From: Octopus sinensis
Taxonomy: Eukaryota
Assembly (NCBI RefSeq): GCF_006345805.1
Contig: NC_043002.1
Location: 94,488,001-94,552,000, forward strand
DNA: 64,000 bases
Reading direction: 5' to 3'
Made by a program: the position numbers and the translations under genes. The notes beneath the pieces were generated by a model, which saw nothing but the letters and a program-made list of their open reading frames with translations, did no database searches and had not been told where the DNA came from. Of the stretch, positions 34,153 through 47,949 are shown in pieces. Every line of letters starts with the position of its first letter. Position 1 is the stretch's first letter.

Positions 34153-36229
34153 CTGAAAGACACGAAGCATAAGCCTTCGATCCCCGCGTTTAGTAATTTT
34201 CAGTCTTATTTTACTTGACTTGAATAGAAGTTGAGAGCTCTACTGTATATATGACGTTGAGAAGGCAATAAAGTACATCTCGACTTTGTTCTATAGAGCA
34301 TGTTAGCAGTCAGAAATGTCCTTTTGCAATCAAAATTCCTGATATGACTTTTTGAACTTTGGCCTCAGCCCAATATCATTTTAAAGTGGAACAAATTCTT
34401 CCACCACTATTTTTGTTTTCTCATTACTGATATCTCGGAATTACCCAGACCGGTATTTTAAACACAAATAAACATCCTAAAGTCTATGAGACACGTCTCT
34501 GGACAGCTCTCCCAGGTGTGAGCAATACACTTGAATGTCATCTTCTCGTATACACTTTTCCTTCCCCAATTTCATTTGAATAACTTTAACTTGGAGAGAA
34601 ATGTGGAGAGGGTTGATTTTACCTTGATAAGGTTTAACTTCATTTATTTGCGACTGCAAATTAATTTCATTGAGTTTTATGAGTCCTGCTTGATGTTTCT
34701 TACTTCATCACAAAGAAAGTACTAAACTCTTGCAAGAATTCAACAACTTTTTAAAAAGGGGAATAGAAACATTCAGGCAGTTTCCCATTACTGTCCACCG
34801 AACTTCTGTATGCAACAATAGTTCAAAATCTTTATCGTTCTCAATGCAGAGCTGTTAAAACAGTGAGAAACTGAGGGTATGCGCCTTGATTTTATTTATT
34901 GCTGTGCACAACTATTTGTTAAGTCTACCACTTAGGTTATTTGCAACATGTGCAATTACGCTAGGTATAGCATTTTCAATAAACTGAAGCAGCGATGACA
35001 ACCGACAACGATGGTCTTCTCTCTACAGCTCAAAAGCGAAATACTAACTACATATTTGTGACTGTTTCTAGTTGTCTTACAAATAATAAGCTTTTGAGCC
35101 AAACATTAATCACTGACGAAGCAAACATGTGCAAGAAACAAACCTGTATTGCTTGGCAAAGGGGATTCATCTAACTGTGAACTAAATTTGGTTGCTAAGC
35201 GTGTTTCACAATATATGCATTTTTACAGAAAAAAATGTGACTTTCCCCTCTTCATTCAAGGTTGAAAAAACAAAAAAAGATGGAGAGATACCGATTTATG
35301 CATGATAGATTTTCCAAATTTTTTCTATAAAAATGGGGGCACTAGGAGTGTGGCCTGGGAGACAAGGGGGCGGTAGTTCGAAAAAGTTTGGGAACCACTG
35401 GTGTAAAGTATATGCTGTATACGTAATGATTCTGTAGATTCTGTGTAATGTGGGCTTGAGTGTGTAGACTATGTTCTGTATGGTTGTGATTATGTAGGGC
35501 ATGTGTTGTGTGGGAAGAGGTCGTGTAGAGCATTACTGTGTGCATTGTGATTCAATAGGGTTTATTTATTGTGAGTTGTGATTGCATAGAGTACGTTTTG
35601 TATGCGTTGTGTTATAATATTGAGAGATAACTGTGTAAAGTATGTATTGTATAAATGTATTATTTTATAATTTATTGGACATTGGTTGCAAAGGGTGAGT
35701 GTTGAATGATCTATACAGAGCATGCACTGTTGAATTTATAGTGTTTGGGTTGTGTCAAGCAGAGTTAATTTCAGGGCCGTGTTTAGAATTGTAAGCCCTG
35801 CTACGCTTCTTTATGTCCGTGTCTTCAAACAGCTTTAACTCTCCAATTTTTGATGCATTATTTTCAATTATGTTGGACAAGCTTTCACTTCTTGAAATTT
35901 GATTTGTATGCATTTGGATGCATTTGGATAGTGTGTAGATATGTGTGATTTGATGCATATTTGGCAGTTGGTTTTAGCATATCGGGAGAAATCATAAAAG
36001 CTCCCTCGTTGGCTCCTTTAGGTTACAGTTGTTGTTCTCTTATTACATTTCAGGAAGGGTTTTGTGATTAAACATCGATTTTGCGCAGCCAAAATCAAAC
36101 CTCATATTTTTCTTTCTTAAAAAAAACCTTGAGCTGTTTTAAACTTTCATGCTGATGCGCCTCCCTTTGTCTGGTCTTTTTTAATTGACCCCTTTGTATT
36201 CTTTTACTTGTTCCCATCAATGGTAGAAA

Positions 36230-36560
36230 CAGCCTAGAAGGCTTTATTTCGATCTAATCGACCCCAGTAATTTTCTATTAGGTCTGGTATTAATCTGTCG
36301 ACTTGTTTTGCTGAACCGCCAAATTAAGGAGATGTTAGTACACCAACACCAGTTGTTAAGTGGTCGGGGACAAAAACAGAGACACGTACACACATATACG
36401 AAAGTCTTCCACATACTTTCCATCAAGCAAATTCACTCGAAAAACATTGACTGGCCAGAATTATAGTTCACAAGATTTACCCAAGATACAGCGCGGTGGT
36501 ATAGAATCCGAAACCACGTGGTTGTGAAACGAACTTCTTAAGAACATAGCCATACTTGTG
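36230..36560 (-). mobile_element. diverged SINE-B copy
   Basis: ATCGACCCCAG, CTGAACCGCCAAATTA, ATCCGAAACCACGTGGTTG motifs. Confidence 0.75.
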
Positions 36561-36734
36561 ACTAAGGAGTAGTTGCTCGTATTTTTAACCTTATTATTCT
36601 TTGGAGTCTCAATTTGATTTAATATTTCATTTTCTATTCAACGCTTCACCACGTTGTTCCTTTCCTTTTTCTCGATTTAAAAAAATCTTTTTATAACACA
36701 TGTTCCTCAAAGAAGTGCATTTAACAAAAATATT

Positions 36735-37166
36735 GGATCTTTTCGGTTTGCACGGCAGTTTTTCTAGCGGCGTCATATGAAATTGTCACCCATAATTATG
36801 ACCCTAGAATCGATCTATTTGCATTTCAATCTCTTTTACGGTTAGGGTTAGTTAGGGTTAGGGTTAGGGGTGGGGGAAGGGTATCTTTTTTTCTTCACAA
36901 ATGTAAATAAACTCAATCTGTTTCTTAAACGTGGGACATATTCATACGGCACAGAATGTTTTTTAACTCAATGGACGTCATCGATTGGTTGAAATTGCAG
37001 AAACTGAAGAAAAAAAACAACAAATATCTTACAAACTATAGAATTTTCTCAATAATGCCAAGAGAAAAAGATGTTTTATAAACATATTCTATCAGTATAC
37101 GAAGTTTAAAATTTTTTAGTTACCTAGAAATTATGTTAAAAACTGCCGTTCAAACCGAAAAGATCC
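36735..37166 (+). mobile_element. MITE, Merlin-like, copy 3
   Basis: TSD AAAATATT (36727-34, 37167-74). Confidence 0.93.
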
Positions 37167-37580
37167 AAAATATTGGATTGTCTGAAAAGTTGCTTTGTAG
37201 TGTTTGTTTCGTTCTTTTATTTTACGACCTGAGATCAAATTTCGCAAAATTAGCTTTACTTTTTATCCTTTAGGAAATAATAGATTAAGTATTATCAACT
37301 ATCCCTTTCCTACAAAATTTGTCACAAAAAATGTTTATGTTAGAAACAATTACAAATGACTTTTGAATTTGTCTTTATCTACACTAGTTCCTGTACATTT
37401 CTTTTTACGTGCTTTGTGTGTTAGGCATAGCGTAGTGAGCCTGAAACACGTCTAGGAATTATTATTTTGGCAAGCAGTCTTTTATAGTTTCTGTCTTGTT
37501 CTGAGGGTCAGTCATTTTGTTACTCGCTTAATCTTGTTGGAACACATCGCTTCTTAGGTACATATTACAAGTTGTTAATA

Positions 37581-37835
37581 AATAAAAAAATAAATGCGCC
37601 CTTTTAAAGCCTAGCCAGGCTCTTGGGCCCGGTTTCAATGGTGTATGTGTTCCCCAGCTGGACAGGACGCCAGTCCATCACAGCGTTACTTATTTTTGCT
37701 AGCTGAGTGGACTGGAGCAACGTGAAATGAAGTGTTTTGCTCAAGAACACAACACATCACCCGGTTCAGGAATCGAAACCACAATCTTACGATCATGATG
37801 CTGACACCGTAACCATTAAGCCACGCGCCTCCACA
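37581..37835 (-). mobile_element. full SINE-C (CORE-like) with 15-bp TSD
   Basis: TSD TACAAGTTGTTAATA (37566-80, 37836-50); CTTGAGCAAAACACTTCATTTCACGTTGCTCCAGTCCACTCAGCT resembles the CORE domain. Confidence 0.92.
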
Positions 37836-38004
37836 TACAAGTTGTTAATAGTGTTAGCAAATTTCATTCATTCTACGACCTTGTGTCGATGAACATTGTT
37901 GTTTTGTTTGTTTGTAGTGTTGGTCATGGTTAGTATGCAGTATAGTGTAGATTTTCTCTTCAAGTCAGCTTTTCTTCTTTCTTTCATATGCATGTTTTGC
38001 TTAC

Positions 38005-38280
38005 AGGAAGGCGCGTGGCCCTATTGTTTAGGGATGCTTTACTCAATATCATAAGGTCGTAAGTACAATTCCCAGTCGGTTGGGGCATGATATCGTTACA
38101 AAGGCATTTCATTTCACATTGCTCCAGTTTACTCAACTGAGAATGAGTACCTGTCAAGTGCTAATAGTACCCGCTCTCCTTCCAGTTGTCACATACTCGA
38201 TATACCGTTGGACCATGGGTAGGAGGATAGTTAAGTTTCCTATGTCTATTTGTGACTACATAGGCGTATAATGCAATTGA
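38005..38280 (+). mobile_element. old SINE-C-related copy
   Basis: GGCGCGTGGC head; CATTTCACATTGCTCCAGTTTACTCAACT. Confidence 0.7.
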
Positions 38281-38347
38281 AAGGGAATGATCCTTATTAC
38301 CAAGTTATACTCACTCGTGAGTGACGGCTATTGTAGTTACCCTCTTG

Positions 38348-38460
38348 GGATCTTTTCGGTTTGAACGGCAATTTTTTAACATAATTTCTAGGTAACTAAA
38401 ATTTAAAACTTCGTATACTGGTAGAATGTGTTTATACAACATCTTTCTCTCTTGGCTTTA
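38348..38460 (-). mobile_element. MITE terminal fragment (one TIR only)
   Basis: TIR plus about 85 bp of subterminal sequence. Confidence 0.88.
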
Positions 38461-38781
38461 CTTCTTTTTCAATCGATACCTGTGCATGATGATTTTTTTT
38501 TTTTTTTACAGTAGGGAAAGAATTTGCACAAAACCAATCACACTATCTGAACATGGCCAACATAATCTCAAAAAGAAGTGCTAGTCTGCATCACCGAATA
38601 CTGTCAGTGCCGCAAGCTTTCTCTCAGAGTGTCGCTCTCCTAGAGAGATGTGACAACAACAGAGGGCCTCCCACTCCGAGGGCCAACAGATATATATATA
38701 TATATATATATATGCATTTATATACATACATACACACATACAAACGTACAAATATGTGTGTGTGTGTGTGTGTGTGTGTGT

Positions 38782-38817
<36 letters not shown>

Positions 38818-39344
38818 ATTTTAATATATTTCTTATACTTACTACATTGCTATGTTTTATATAATGTCATAAGCGCATAAATCAATGCTGTGTATGTAGA
38901 AATCCATAGTTTGCATCCTTATAACAGTATACGCGTAATAATATACGCATAAAAGTGCACTATATGTTTGATAACGATCATTGTGCGTGTTTGGTACAAG
39001 TGCATACGTGTTTATATGCGAATGTATGTATGTCAATATTTATGTGTACGTGTGTATATGCACGTGTATGTAAGTGTATGAAGCCTATTTAAAATATTAA
39101 ATATTCTCCTGCTTTTAAATGCCTGAAATTATTTGCAAAATGTAACATTATTTAACAAAAAAGAAACCTGTTCTGAAGAAGAGCTTCAATTATTACATTG
39201 AAAAATGTTGGTCTAAATATAGAAAACACATAAAGCAGCTGTGACAAAATTATTTTATAAAATTCGTTAAATGTTGTTTAACTGCGTTCCTTCTATTCTT
39301 CATTATATAAGTGTGTTTCTGCAATTCCTGCTTATTTTAGTGAA

Positions 39345-39570
39345 TTTCTACCATTATTGTTTAGGTGCGTTTTCTGCTGTTCTTCTTTATACGTATTCCT
39401 ACGATACTTGCTTGTGTGTGTGTTTCTACCATTCTTGTCTATGTAAGTTTATTTCTACCGTTCGTCTTTACGAAGGTGTATTTCTACCATTCTTGTTTGC
39501 GTGTGTTTCTACCATTCGTGCTTATGTGTTTCTACCATTCATGTTTACCCGTGTTTCTTACCATTCTAGG
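39345..39570. repeat. degenerate minisatellite with core TTTCTACCATTC
   Basis: Cores at 39345, 39423, 39452, 39481, 39506, 39529 and 39554. Confidence 0.85.
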
Positions 39571-39846
39571 AATTATCATCTTTTCAACAGCTTCAGGAGA
39601 GTTTCTACAACGTCACCAAGTACATCCTTGTATCCTCCAAGTGCGTGTACAACATTATTATTTGCGTAAGTGTACACTACGTTAGTTTTACATGGTTGCT
39701 AGATTTGTATTGCTTCCGGTGTGTTTTTTTTTTCTTTTTTCCGATTCCTAAATTTGCTGTATCGAATATTTGCAATGTCAGTTGTATTACATCGTAGGAC
39801 GGTAACTGCGGGTCACGTGGGATGCGTGATTGATGCTAAGTGTTTT

Positions 39847-40263
39847 GGATCATTGCGGTTTGAGCGGCAGTTTTTAACATAATTTCTAGGTAACTAAAAC
39901 ATTTTAAACTTCGTATACTGGTAGAATGTGTTTATAAAACATCTTTTTCTCTTGGCTTTATTGAGAAAATTCTATAGTTTGTAAGATATTTGTTGTTTTT
40001 TTCTTCAATTTCTGCAATTTCAACCAATCACTGACGTCTATTGAAGTAAAAAAACATTCTGTGCCGTATGAATATGTCTCTCGTTTAAGAAACAGATTGG
40101 GTTTATTTACATTTGTGAAGAAAAAAAGATACCCTTCCCCCCACCCCTAACCCTAACCGTAAAACAGATTGAAATGCAATAGATCGATACTAGGGTCATA
40201 ATTATGGGTGACAATTTCATATGAGACCGCTAGAAAAAACTGCCGTTCAAACCGAAAAGATCC
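39847..40263 (-). mobile_element. MITE, Merlin-like, copy 4
   Basis: TSD AGTGTTTT (39839-46, 40264-71). Confidence 0.93.
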
Positions 40264-40499
40264 AGTGTTTTAACGTATGATGGTGGTTATGTAGAGTATA
40301 TGGTGTGCTTCCAAGTGATGTGTTGTGAATGTGTAGAGCATGTGCTTTGTAAATTGTGTTTAAGTGCTGTAAAGTGATTATATTAATCTGGCAGAGCTCA
40401 TCTCTCTCGGTCTGATCACAACTAAATTTTTCAAGAAACATAACGAAAGGGGGCAAAGAGTGGGGAAGGGAGGTATAAACAAACTGAGAGATAGAAAGA

Positions 40500-40950
40500 G
40501 GTAAGTACCCAGTAGAGAACTGATACTTTATTGATCTTGAAAGGATGAAAGGCAAAGTTGACCTCGAAACTATTTGAAATCAGAGCGCAGAGGGACTGTT
40601 CGAAAACTACAAAGCATTTCTATTTGACGCTCTAACAATTCGAATAATTTGTCACCTTGCACGCACGCACACACACACATACACACACACACACGCACGC
40701 GCGCGCGCACACACGCATACACAGGCATGCAGATGTACACACACGCACACATACAAACACATATGAATGTATATGTGTGTCTAAGTATGTATGTATGTAT
40801 GTATGTATGTACGTATGCATGTATGCATGCATGCATGTATATATGTATGTATGTATGTATGTATGCATGCATGTATGTATATATGTATGCATGTATGTAT
40901 GTATATAAGTATGTATGTGAGAGTGTGTGTGCGCACTAGCACACACATAC
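40500..40950 (-). repeat. SINE-A remnant (about 40500-40640) followed by (CA)n/(TATG)n
   Basis: AAGGATGAAAGGCAAAGTTGACC; microsatellite by direct reading. Confidence 0.8.
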
Positions 40951-41084
40951 AAACTTGTATATAAATTTTACTTTACTTCTTTCTACATGATATATGAATT
41001 AAATTGTCTCTCTCTTTGTCAATTACTTCTAATTCCCTCTTATCCAATTTTTTTTCCTTTCTAATGTTTTTTTGTTTGTTTTTT

Positions 41085-41370
41085 TTCCTTCTCGTGCCAT
41101 GCCTGGCTCATAAGGGCTGGTTCCCCGGTTTCTTGGCGTATAGGTTCCCCACCTGGACGGGACGCCGGTCCGTCGCAGGTGAGCTGCAAGATGCAGGAGG
41201 AAAGAGTGTGAGAAAGTTGTGGCGAAAGAGTCAGCAGAAGTCTTGCCATTACCTTCTGCCGGAGCTGCGTGGAGCTTAGGTGTTTCGCTCATAAACACAC
41301 ACACCTGAGATTCGAACTCGCGATCCTTCGACCGCGAGTCCGCTGCTCTAACCACTAGGCCATGTGCCTC
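41085..41370 (-). mobile_element. SINE-C-related copy
   Basis: Head GGCACATGGCCTAGTGGTTAGAGCAGCGG...GAGTTCGAATCTC; tail ATGAGCCAGGCATGGCACGAGAAGG. Confidence 0.8.
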
Positions 41371-42082
41371 TTTTCTAATGTAATTAAAAAACACATAACT
41401 ACTTCTCTGAACTATCTAGTCAAAACTGAAATACCGTCTTCTGCCTACAAATATTAAGGACTTAATAGCTAAAACAAGAAAAGCAAATAAAATGAAAATA
41501 TGTATAAAGATACAGGATATACTTCTCTTTAGTTATTTCACCAACGGTAAAAAGTAATATGAAAGAAATTGATATCAAATATATTAAGTATTCCACTTGC
41601 AATGAAAAGAAACAGGCATCTGTATGTGAATATATATATATATTTAAGGGTTAATAAGTCTACCATTGATTCCATGTCCTGAATTCTCAGCAACTAGCAA
41701 GCCTGCCACACTGGGACTTTGGTACTCGTCTCTATCTTGAATGAGGGACTTGGAAGCGACACGAGACTGCAGGAGTTTGAATCCGACAAACAAATATACA
41801 GATCAGAGGAAACAACTCCTAATGCTTATCTCCCTTGCATTAGTTCTAGCCGCGTTCAAATTTATAAATATGAATCTGAACATGAGCACATATGTACACT
41901 CATGCAAAATATCCATGCAGAATATGTGCACTCGCGTACACACATACATACACGCACGCACGACCGCACGCACGCACGCGTGCATGCACACACACATACA
42001 CACACTCACACCTGTATTATGCATTTTGCTGGTGTTTGAATGTGTTCACATAATTGTTCATATTTGCACGTATGTGGATATA

Positions 42083-42944
42083 CGAGGTTTGATTTATAAG
42101 TATCCGAACTGTTGCCATAGTAACGAAGCTAAAGCACGCAGAGTAAAGGTACTTGGCAAAGATTTACCTTCAAATCTACTGTGCGTGGGCACTAAGTTTT
42201 AACGTTCTGGCTCCCTTCCGCTGTTTACAGCAGTGCTTGGAAGGAACGTATGTAGCATGTGATCGTCGCATTGACCATGATAGAAAAAGTTGTCAAGGCA
42301 GTACCTGCTCAGAGGCCAACGCAAAGCTGCAGAAAGTGTACGGTGAGGAGAGTATGAGCTGCACACAAGTGTACGTGGGGTGCAGACGTCTCCAAGATGG
42401 CCGAGAAAATGTCGATATTGACCCGCAATCAGTAGAACTGAGGTAAACATCGAAGAGGGTATGTCGTCGAATCACCATCTGTGAGTTATCAGAGGATGTT
42501 GAGATTAGACACGGTTCAGTTCAGTCCATTATCACTGAAGATTTGGATATGAGACGCATGTCTGCCAAGTTTGTGCCAAAACTGCCTTCAGCTGACCAAA
42601 ACGACACTTGGGTTTCAGTTGCACAAGATCTCCTTTATTGTGTCGAGAACGATGAAAACTTTTTGAAAAGTTTGCGTAAACCTCTGAGCAGGTGTCGCCA
42701 AGCTTTTAGGATAATTTTATGCAAATTCTCTGCTCAACTTTCTCTGTCATGGTCAATGTGACGATCACACGCTACACACGTTCTTTCCAAATACTGCTGT
42801 AAACAACAGAAGTGTGTTAGAACGTTAGAGCTTAGTGCACATGCACAGCAGCGTTCAAGGTCAATCTGTGTCATGCAGCTTCACTCTGCGTGCTTTAGCT
42901 TCGTTGCTATCACAACAGTCCGGATACTTACTGATCAGACCTCG
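42083..42944 (+). mobile_element. internally deleted mariner (Tc1/mariner) with decayed transposase N-terminus
   Basis: TA TSDs (42081-82, 42945-46); about 60-bp imperfect TIRs CGAGGT...GAAGCTAAAGCACGCAGAGT; peptides LQKVYGEESMS..VY and RRITICELSEDV..GSVQSIITEDLDMRRMSAKFVPK. Confidence 0.92.
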
Positions 42945-43197
42945 TAAGTGCAACGTTTCACATATTTTTCACATATTTTGACGTCAAACCTTGTCCGTGG
43001 GGTTGTGAATTCTTGGGATTGTGTTTTCATAACTGTGTCATACACATATGTATATATAAACACACATACATATACGCTCAGCACACATACACGCACAGTC
43101 ATCTGTATTATGCATTTTGTTCGCGTGTGCGCTCATAACTGTGGAGTTTCACATATTTTGATGTCTGACTTGGTCCATGGTTGTGGATTCATAAGTT

Positions 43198-43303
43198 TGA
43201 AAGGATGAAAGGCAAAGTCGACCTAGGAGGAATTTGAACTCAGAACGTAACGGCAGACTAAAAATCGCTCAGCATTTCGCCCGGCGTGCTAACGTTTCTG
43301 CCA
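43198..43303 (-). mobile_element. SINE-A fragment
   Basis: Family motifs. Confidence 0.85.
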
Positions 43304-43307
43304 TACG

Positions 43308-43388
43308 GAAGATGGAGTGTAACTAGAAACATTTATTAGCACAGCAATCAATTGTGCTAATAAATGCTTCTAGTTACACTCCGTCTTC
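43308..43388. repeat. 81-nt hairpin, 36-bp stem
   Basis: Arms 43308-43343 and 43353-43388; one G/U and one A/C; 9-nt loop. Confidence 0.9.
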
Positions 43389-44154
43389 AATATCAACCTT
43401 TTAATATACCCAACGTGCACTTTGTAATTCTTTGTAATTCCAGATATGGATCGAACCACAAACGCACACTATCGCTGATGACGCTTTGTATCCATTAGTA
43501 GTGAATGTGCTCTACAGACACACTACCTGAAACTTATCCTGAAATATGGTTTAGATACTGCATTTAATGCTTACTCTCTAAACCTTAACTTATAAATTTT
43601 TAATTCGTCTTTATATATCGGAACATAAATCTTCTTCCAAGAAAAGATAGCTTAAACTGTGCTCTAAATGGAGGTGTAGTCAAATCCTATTTCATGGACT
43701 CAACCATGTTCTAAAATAAGTCGAAAATTAAGCTACTATAAATCGGCACGAACTTTCCGGACAACCCAATAGTTATATTTTGAAGTTGTTCTCTATGTGG
43801 GATTTTCTGTATATCTCTTCCCCGCGTTTTCCCTTTGTTCACACTTATAAATGTCATCACACCAACCGGATGCACAATTTCTATTGTATTACTGGTCCCT
43901 ATGTATACACGAACGTATTTGTTCCTCTGTTCATCTTTCTTTTGTTTTTATGAATATGTGTGTGGGTGTCCTTATGCTTTTATTATGCCTTGCTCAGCTA
44001 CAACTTCCCAGTTTTAATTGAACTTCGGTCCATTTCCATATTGTGCGTCTGCAAGTTTTTCTTCTAACCCTGTTCTCATTTGAACACTTTTTCTGCTTTC
44101 TTGCAATCATTTCCTGTTTTTTTTTACCCACTTTCACTTCACCACTATAGTCTT

Positions 44155-44177
44155 TGTCTATCTGTCTGTCTCTTTCT

Positions 44178-44236
<59 letters not shown>

Positions 44237-44440
44237 CTCTCTCTCTCTTCTTCTCTCTCTTCTCTCTTTCCCCCTCACTTTATCCTAGCAGAATCTGTTA
44301 CTTTGTGTGAGTGCGTGTGTGTGTCTGTGTGTGTGTCTGTGTGTGTGTCTGTGTGTGTGTCTGTGTGTGTGTCTGTGTGGTGTCTGTGTGTGTGTCTGTG
44401 TGTGTGTGTCTGTGTGTGTGTCTGTGTGTGTGTATGTGTG
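44155..44440. repeat. (CTTT)n/(CT)n and (GTGTGTCT)n tracts
   Basis: Direct reading. Confidence 0.9.
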
Positions 44441-44537
44441 TCTTTTATCAAAAACAAAAAAATCCAACAAAATCTATTTTGCTTCCTCTACAGACACGGA
44501 GCACACTATTAGAAACAATGTATGCGTATAAAGTGCT

Positions 44538-44790
44538 GGCGCGTGGCTTAGTGGTTAGGGTTTTGGACTCATGATCTTAAGACTGGGGTTTCGATTCCCA
44601 AACCAGATGGCGCGCCGTGTCCTTGAGCAAAAGCACTTCATTTTCTGTTGTATCCAGTCTATTCAGCTGCCAAAAATTAGTAATCCCCCGACTGACCGGC
44701 GTTTCGTCCAGATGGGGAATATGCACCCCAAGGAAACCGGGAAGCCGGCCCTATGAGTGTATATGACTCGGGAAGGACCTTTATCTTTTG
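44538..44790 (+). mobile_element. SINE-C copy
   Basis: GGCGCGTGGCTTAGTGGTTAGGG head; CCTTGAGCAAAAGCACTTC. Confidence 0.85.
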
Positions 44791-44989
44791 TCTATACATA
44801 TAAAAGGAACTATAGTGCTACTAAATAGTTCTTGACGTGTCATAGGATGGAACAAAATGTATTTTCTTTTAATCATTCTTTTTAATAAAGCTTACTGGCA
44901 TTCTTACTGTGGATTTGGATTTCATTATTTATCCTTTGTGTCTCTATTTTGCCATGAACTCCTGATCTCTCTACTTTCCTATTTATCTA

Positions 44990-45036
44990 TGTACGTGTAT
45001 GTGAGTGTGTTTATTTTTGTGTGTAATTATATATAT

Positions 45037-45073
<37 letters not shown>

Positions 45074-45140
45074 TATATATATTATATATATATATATATT
45101 ATACATATTATATTGTATATATATTACATATATATATACA

Positions 45141-45199
<59 letters not shown>

Positions 45200-46172
45200 A
45201 TATATATAATTATATATATATATATGTCTGTGTGTGTGTGTATGTAATTATATATATATATATATATACACACACAAACACACACATACACACAGAGACA
45301 CAAACACACACTCACACGCACACACGTATATATATATATATACACACACACACATATGCAGGTATGCATATATGTGTGCATGTAGGTAAGTTATGTAAGT
45401 ATGTATGTATATGCATGCATGCATGTAATTTTGTATTTTTGTATGTATGTATGTATGTATGTATTATGTATGTATGTATGTATGTATGTATGTATGTATG
45501 TGTGTGTGTGTATGTATATATGCATGTATGTATGTACGTATGTATGTATGTATGTATGTATATATGTATGTATGTATGTGTGTGTGTGTATGTATGTATG
45601 TATGTATGTATGTACGTATGTATGTATGATGGATAAATGGATGGATAGATGGATGGAGGGATGGAGGGATGGATAAATGGACGGACGGACGTGTGGAAGT
45701 GTATATACTTGAGTGTGTGTCTGTCTCCTGATCCTCTTTGTTTCGCTGGATATTATGTTAATAGTTTGTATCTGCCTGCGAGCAACTGTGTGGATAAAGC
45801 ATTACTTATCTAACGCTTCATACTTATTTTGAAAATAATAATGCTTCTGTTCTCGATAGATAATGAATGTGTCTGTGTATGTATGTATGTATGTATATTT
45901 GTATGTATGTATGTATGTATGTATGTATGTATGTATGTATGTATGTGTGTGTGTATGTATGTATGTATGTGTATGTATGTATGTATGTATGTATGAATGT
46001 GTGTGTATATGTATGTATATATATATGTGTGTATATATATATATTATACATATTATATTGTATATATATATATATATATATATGTGTGTATATATATATA
46101 TACATGTATGTATGTGTATGTATGTATGTACGTATGTATGTATGTATATTTGTATGTATGTATGTGTATATA

Positions 46173-46266
<94 letters not shown>

Positions 46267-46290
46267 ATATACACACATACATACATAATT
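44990..46290. repeat. two compound (TA)n/(CA)n/(TATG)n blocks (44990-45690, 45860-46290)
   Basis: Direct reading; account for the long YIYI/MYVC ORFs. Confidence 0.95.
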
Positions 46291-47739
46291 ATATATTTTT
46301 TTCTATATAAATGTACACTCAGCTTTTAAAATTGTTATAAATATAGCCATATACATATGAGCAGTAAATTATTGTTAGAATAATACAATAACATTGTTAT
46401 AGTTTACAAAGTAAAAGTAAGAAAAATAATTCTATTTTGATTTATATGGATCAATTCTGTAGAATAGAATTTTAGAAAACATTTCAAAGTTGGGTGTTTG
46501 ATACATATTTTCCGTCTGTTTTGTTTTTGTTCATCTATTTTTGTTGTCCAGAATATCACTTCTGTGTGTTGTTATTCTAGAATTTTCAATTGTACGTTTG
46601 TTAAGTGTATCGATTTGTTCGTTGTTTAATGACAACAGATGATACATAGGAAGATGAAACTGCAGCCGATTTCTAAGAGAGAGGGCTGTAACTGATCATT
46701 TATAATAATTTCATGTAAATCTGCTATACGCGCATGCACACACACACACGCATGCATTCACACATACACATACGCGTATATTGCTTGCACGTACAATCAA
46801 CCGCCCGCCTGCCTACATAAATACGTATATTCACCCGCATATATATATACGTAATATTTCCATATTTTCAAAGCTACATTATTGACAAATATTTCTAATG
46901 ATCTCATCGGAATTCACTTCATAAAGCTACGCCAAAACCTATCTCAGCCCCAAACTAATACCTTGACATTTTAAGAATGAAACTTTTTGTGTAACCTTCA
47001 GTAATAACGCACAATCGATTTCAAATATTATACATACCGTGCCCTCCTACGTGCATCAACATCCTTTATCATAAATCCACATGGTAGTTATTTTCCTGTC
47101 ATTGTCTTCATTTAAAAAAAGTTGTTAAGCAAAATCATAAATATTATAATTAGGAATTCTAGATTATTTTCGATGAGTCTATCTCATTTTTGTACCGATT
47201 TTATTTCTGGTAATTTATCAATTTTCAGTGCGATATATTCCTAGCTTCTTAAAACTATCTCTTTAATTAGTTAGTATCGAAACTGAAATGTTTTAAATGT
47301 TAAGTCCTTGTTTTGAGGGTTTTTTTTTTCTTTTTTCCAATGGGTAGCATAAAATCTGCAGGGAAATTTAATACAGGTTTGTTTTGACGACATTTATAGA
47401 CATACAAAGTAAATTAGACTTAAATAAATTTCAGCTTCGTGAAATGAATATGAAAATATTTTCAAAATATACAATTTATGAACTTTTATGAAGTATTTTG
47501 ATTGTATATAATTTTTAATCCATAGACATATTTCTTGCGTTTTATACTACCTCGTTAGTCAGTGTGAGGGTAATGTCTATGACAATTGTAGACCCTCTCA
47601 GGCAAGTGAAACTGATGCAGCTAATGTCCAGTGTAAACATTTACAGATCAATGTATATAGGGAGAATGAGGGATAAATGGAATTGAGATTGTTAAATCGG
47701 TGGATCCCATCTTATGAGTCAGTGGTATAAATTCTGATT

Positions 47740-47949
47740 AGACGGCGAGCTGGCAGAAACGTTAGCACGCCGGGTGAAATGCTCTGCCGCTACGTTCTGA
47801 GTTCAAATTCTGCCGAGGTCGACTTTGCTTTTCATCTTTTTGGGGTCGATTAAAAAAGGTACCAGTTACGCAGTGGAGTCGACTGAATAACTATGTCTGT
47901 CCTTGTTTGTCCCCTCTGTGTTTAGCCCCTTGTGGGTAATAAAGAAATA
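47740..47949 (+). mobile_element. SINE-A long-tail copy with 14-bp TSD (one mismatch)
   Basis: GGTATAAATTCTGA (47724-37) and GGTATAAATTCCGA (47950-63). Confidence 0.92.

Noticed and set aside
35106-35160. CUGACGA...GAAAC-AAACCT-GUA
   Set aside because: Stems I and II do not pair at the core; at most a remote relic.
39345-39570. CRISPR-like repeat-spacer look
   Set aside because: Eukaryotic context, 12-nt core, spacers related to one another, no cas genes.
45099-46065. Identical 22-mer TTATACATATTATATTGTATAT in two microsatellite blocks
   Set aside because: Probably a local duplication or conversion within low-complexity DNA, or an assembly effect; no functional implication.
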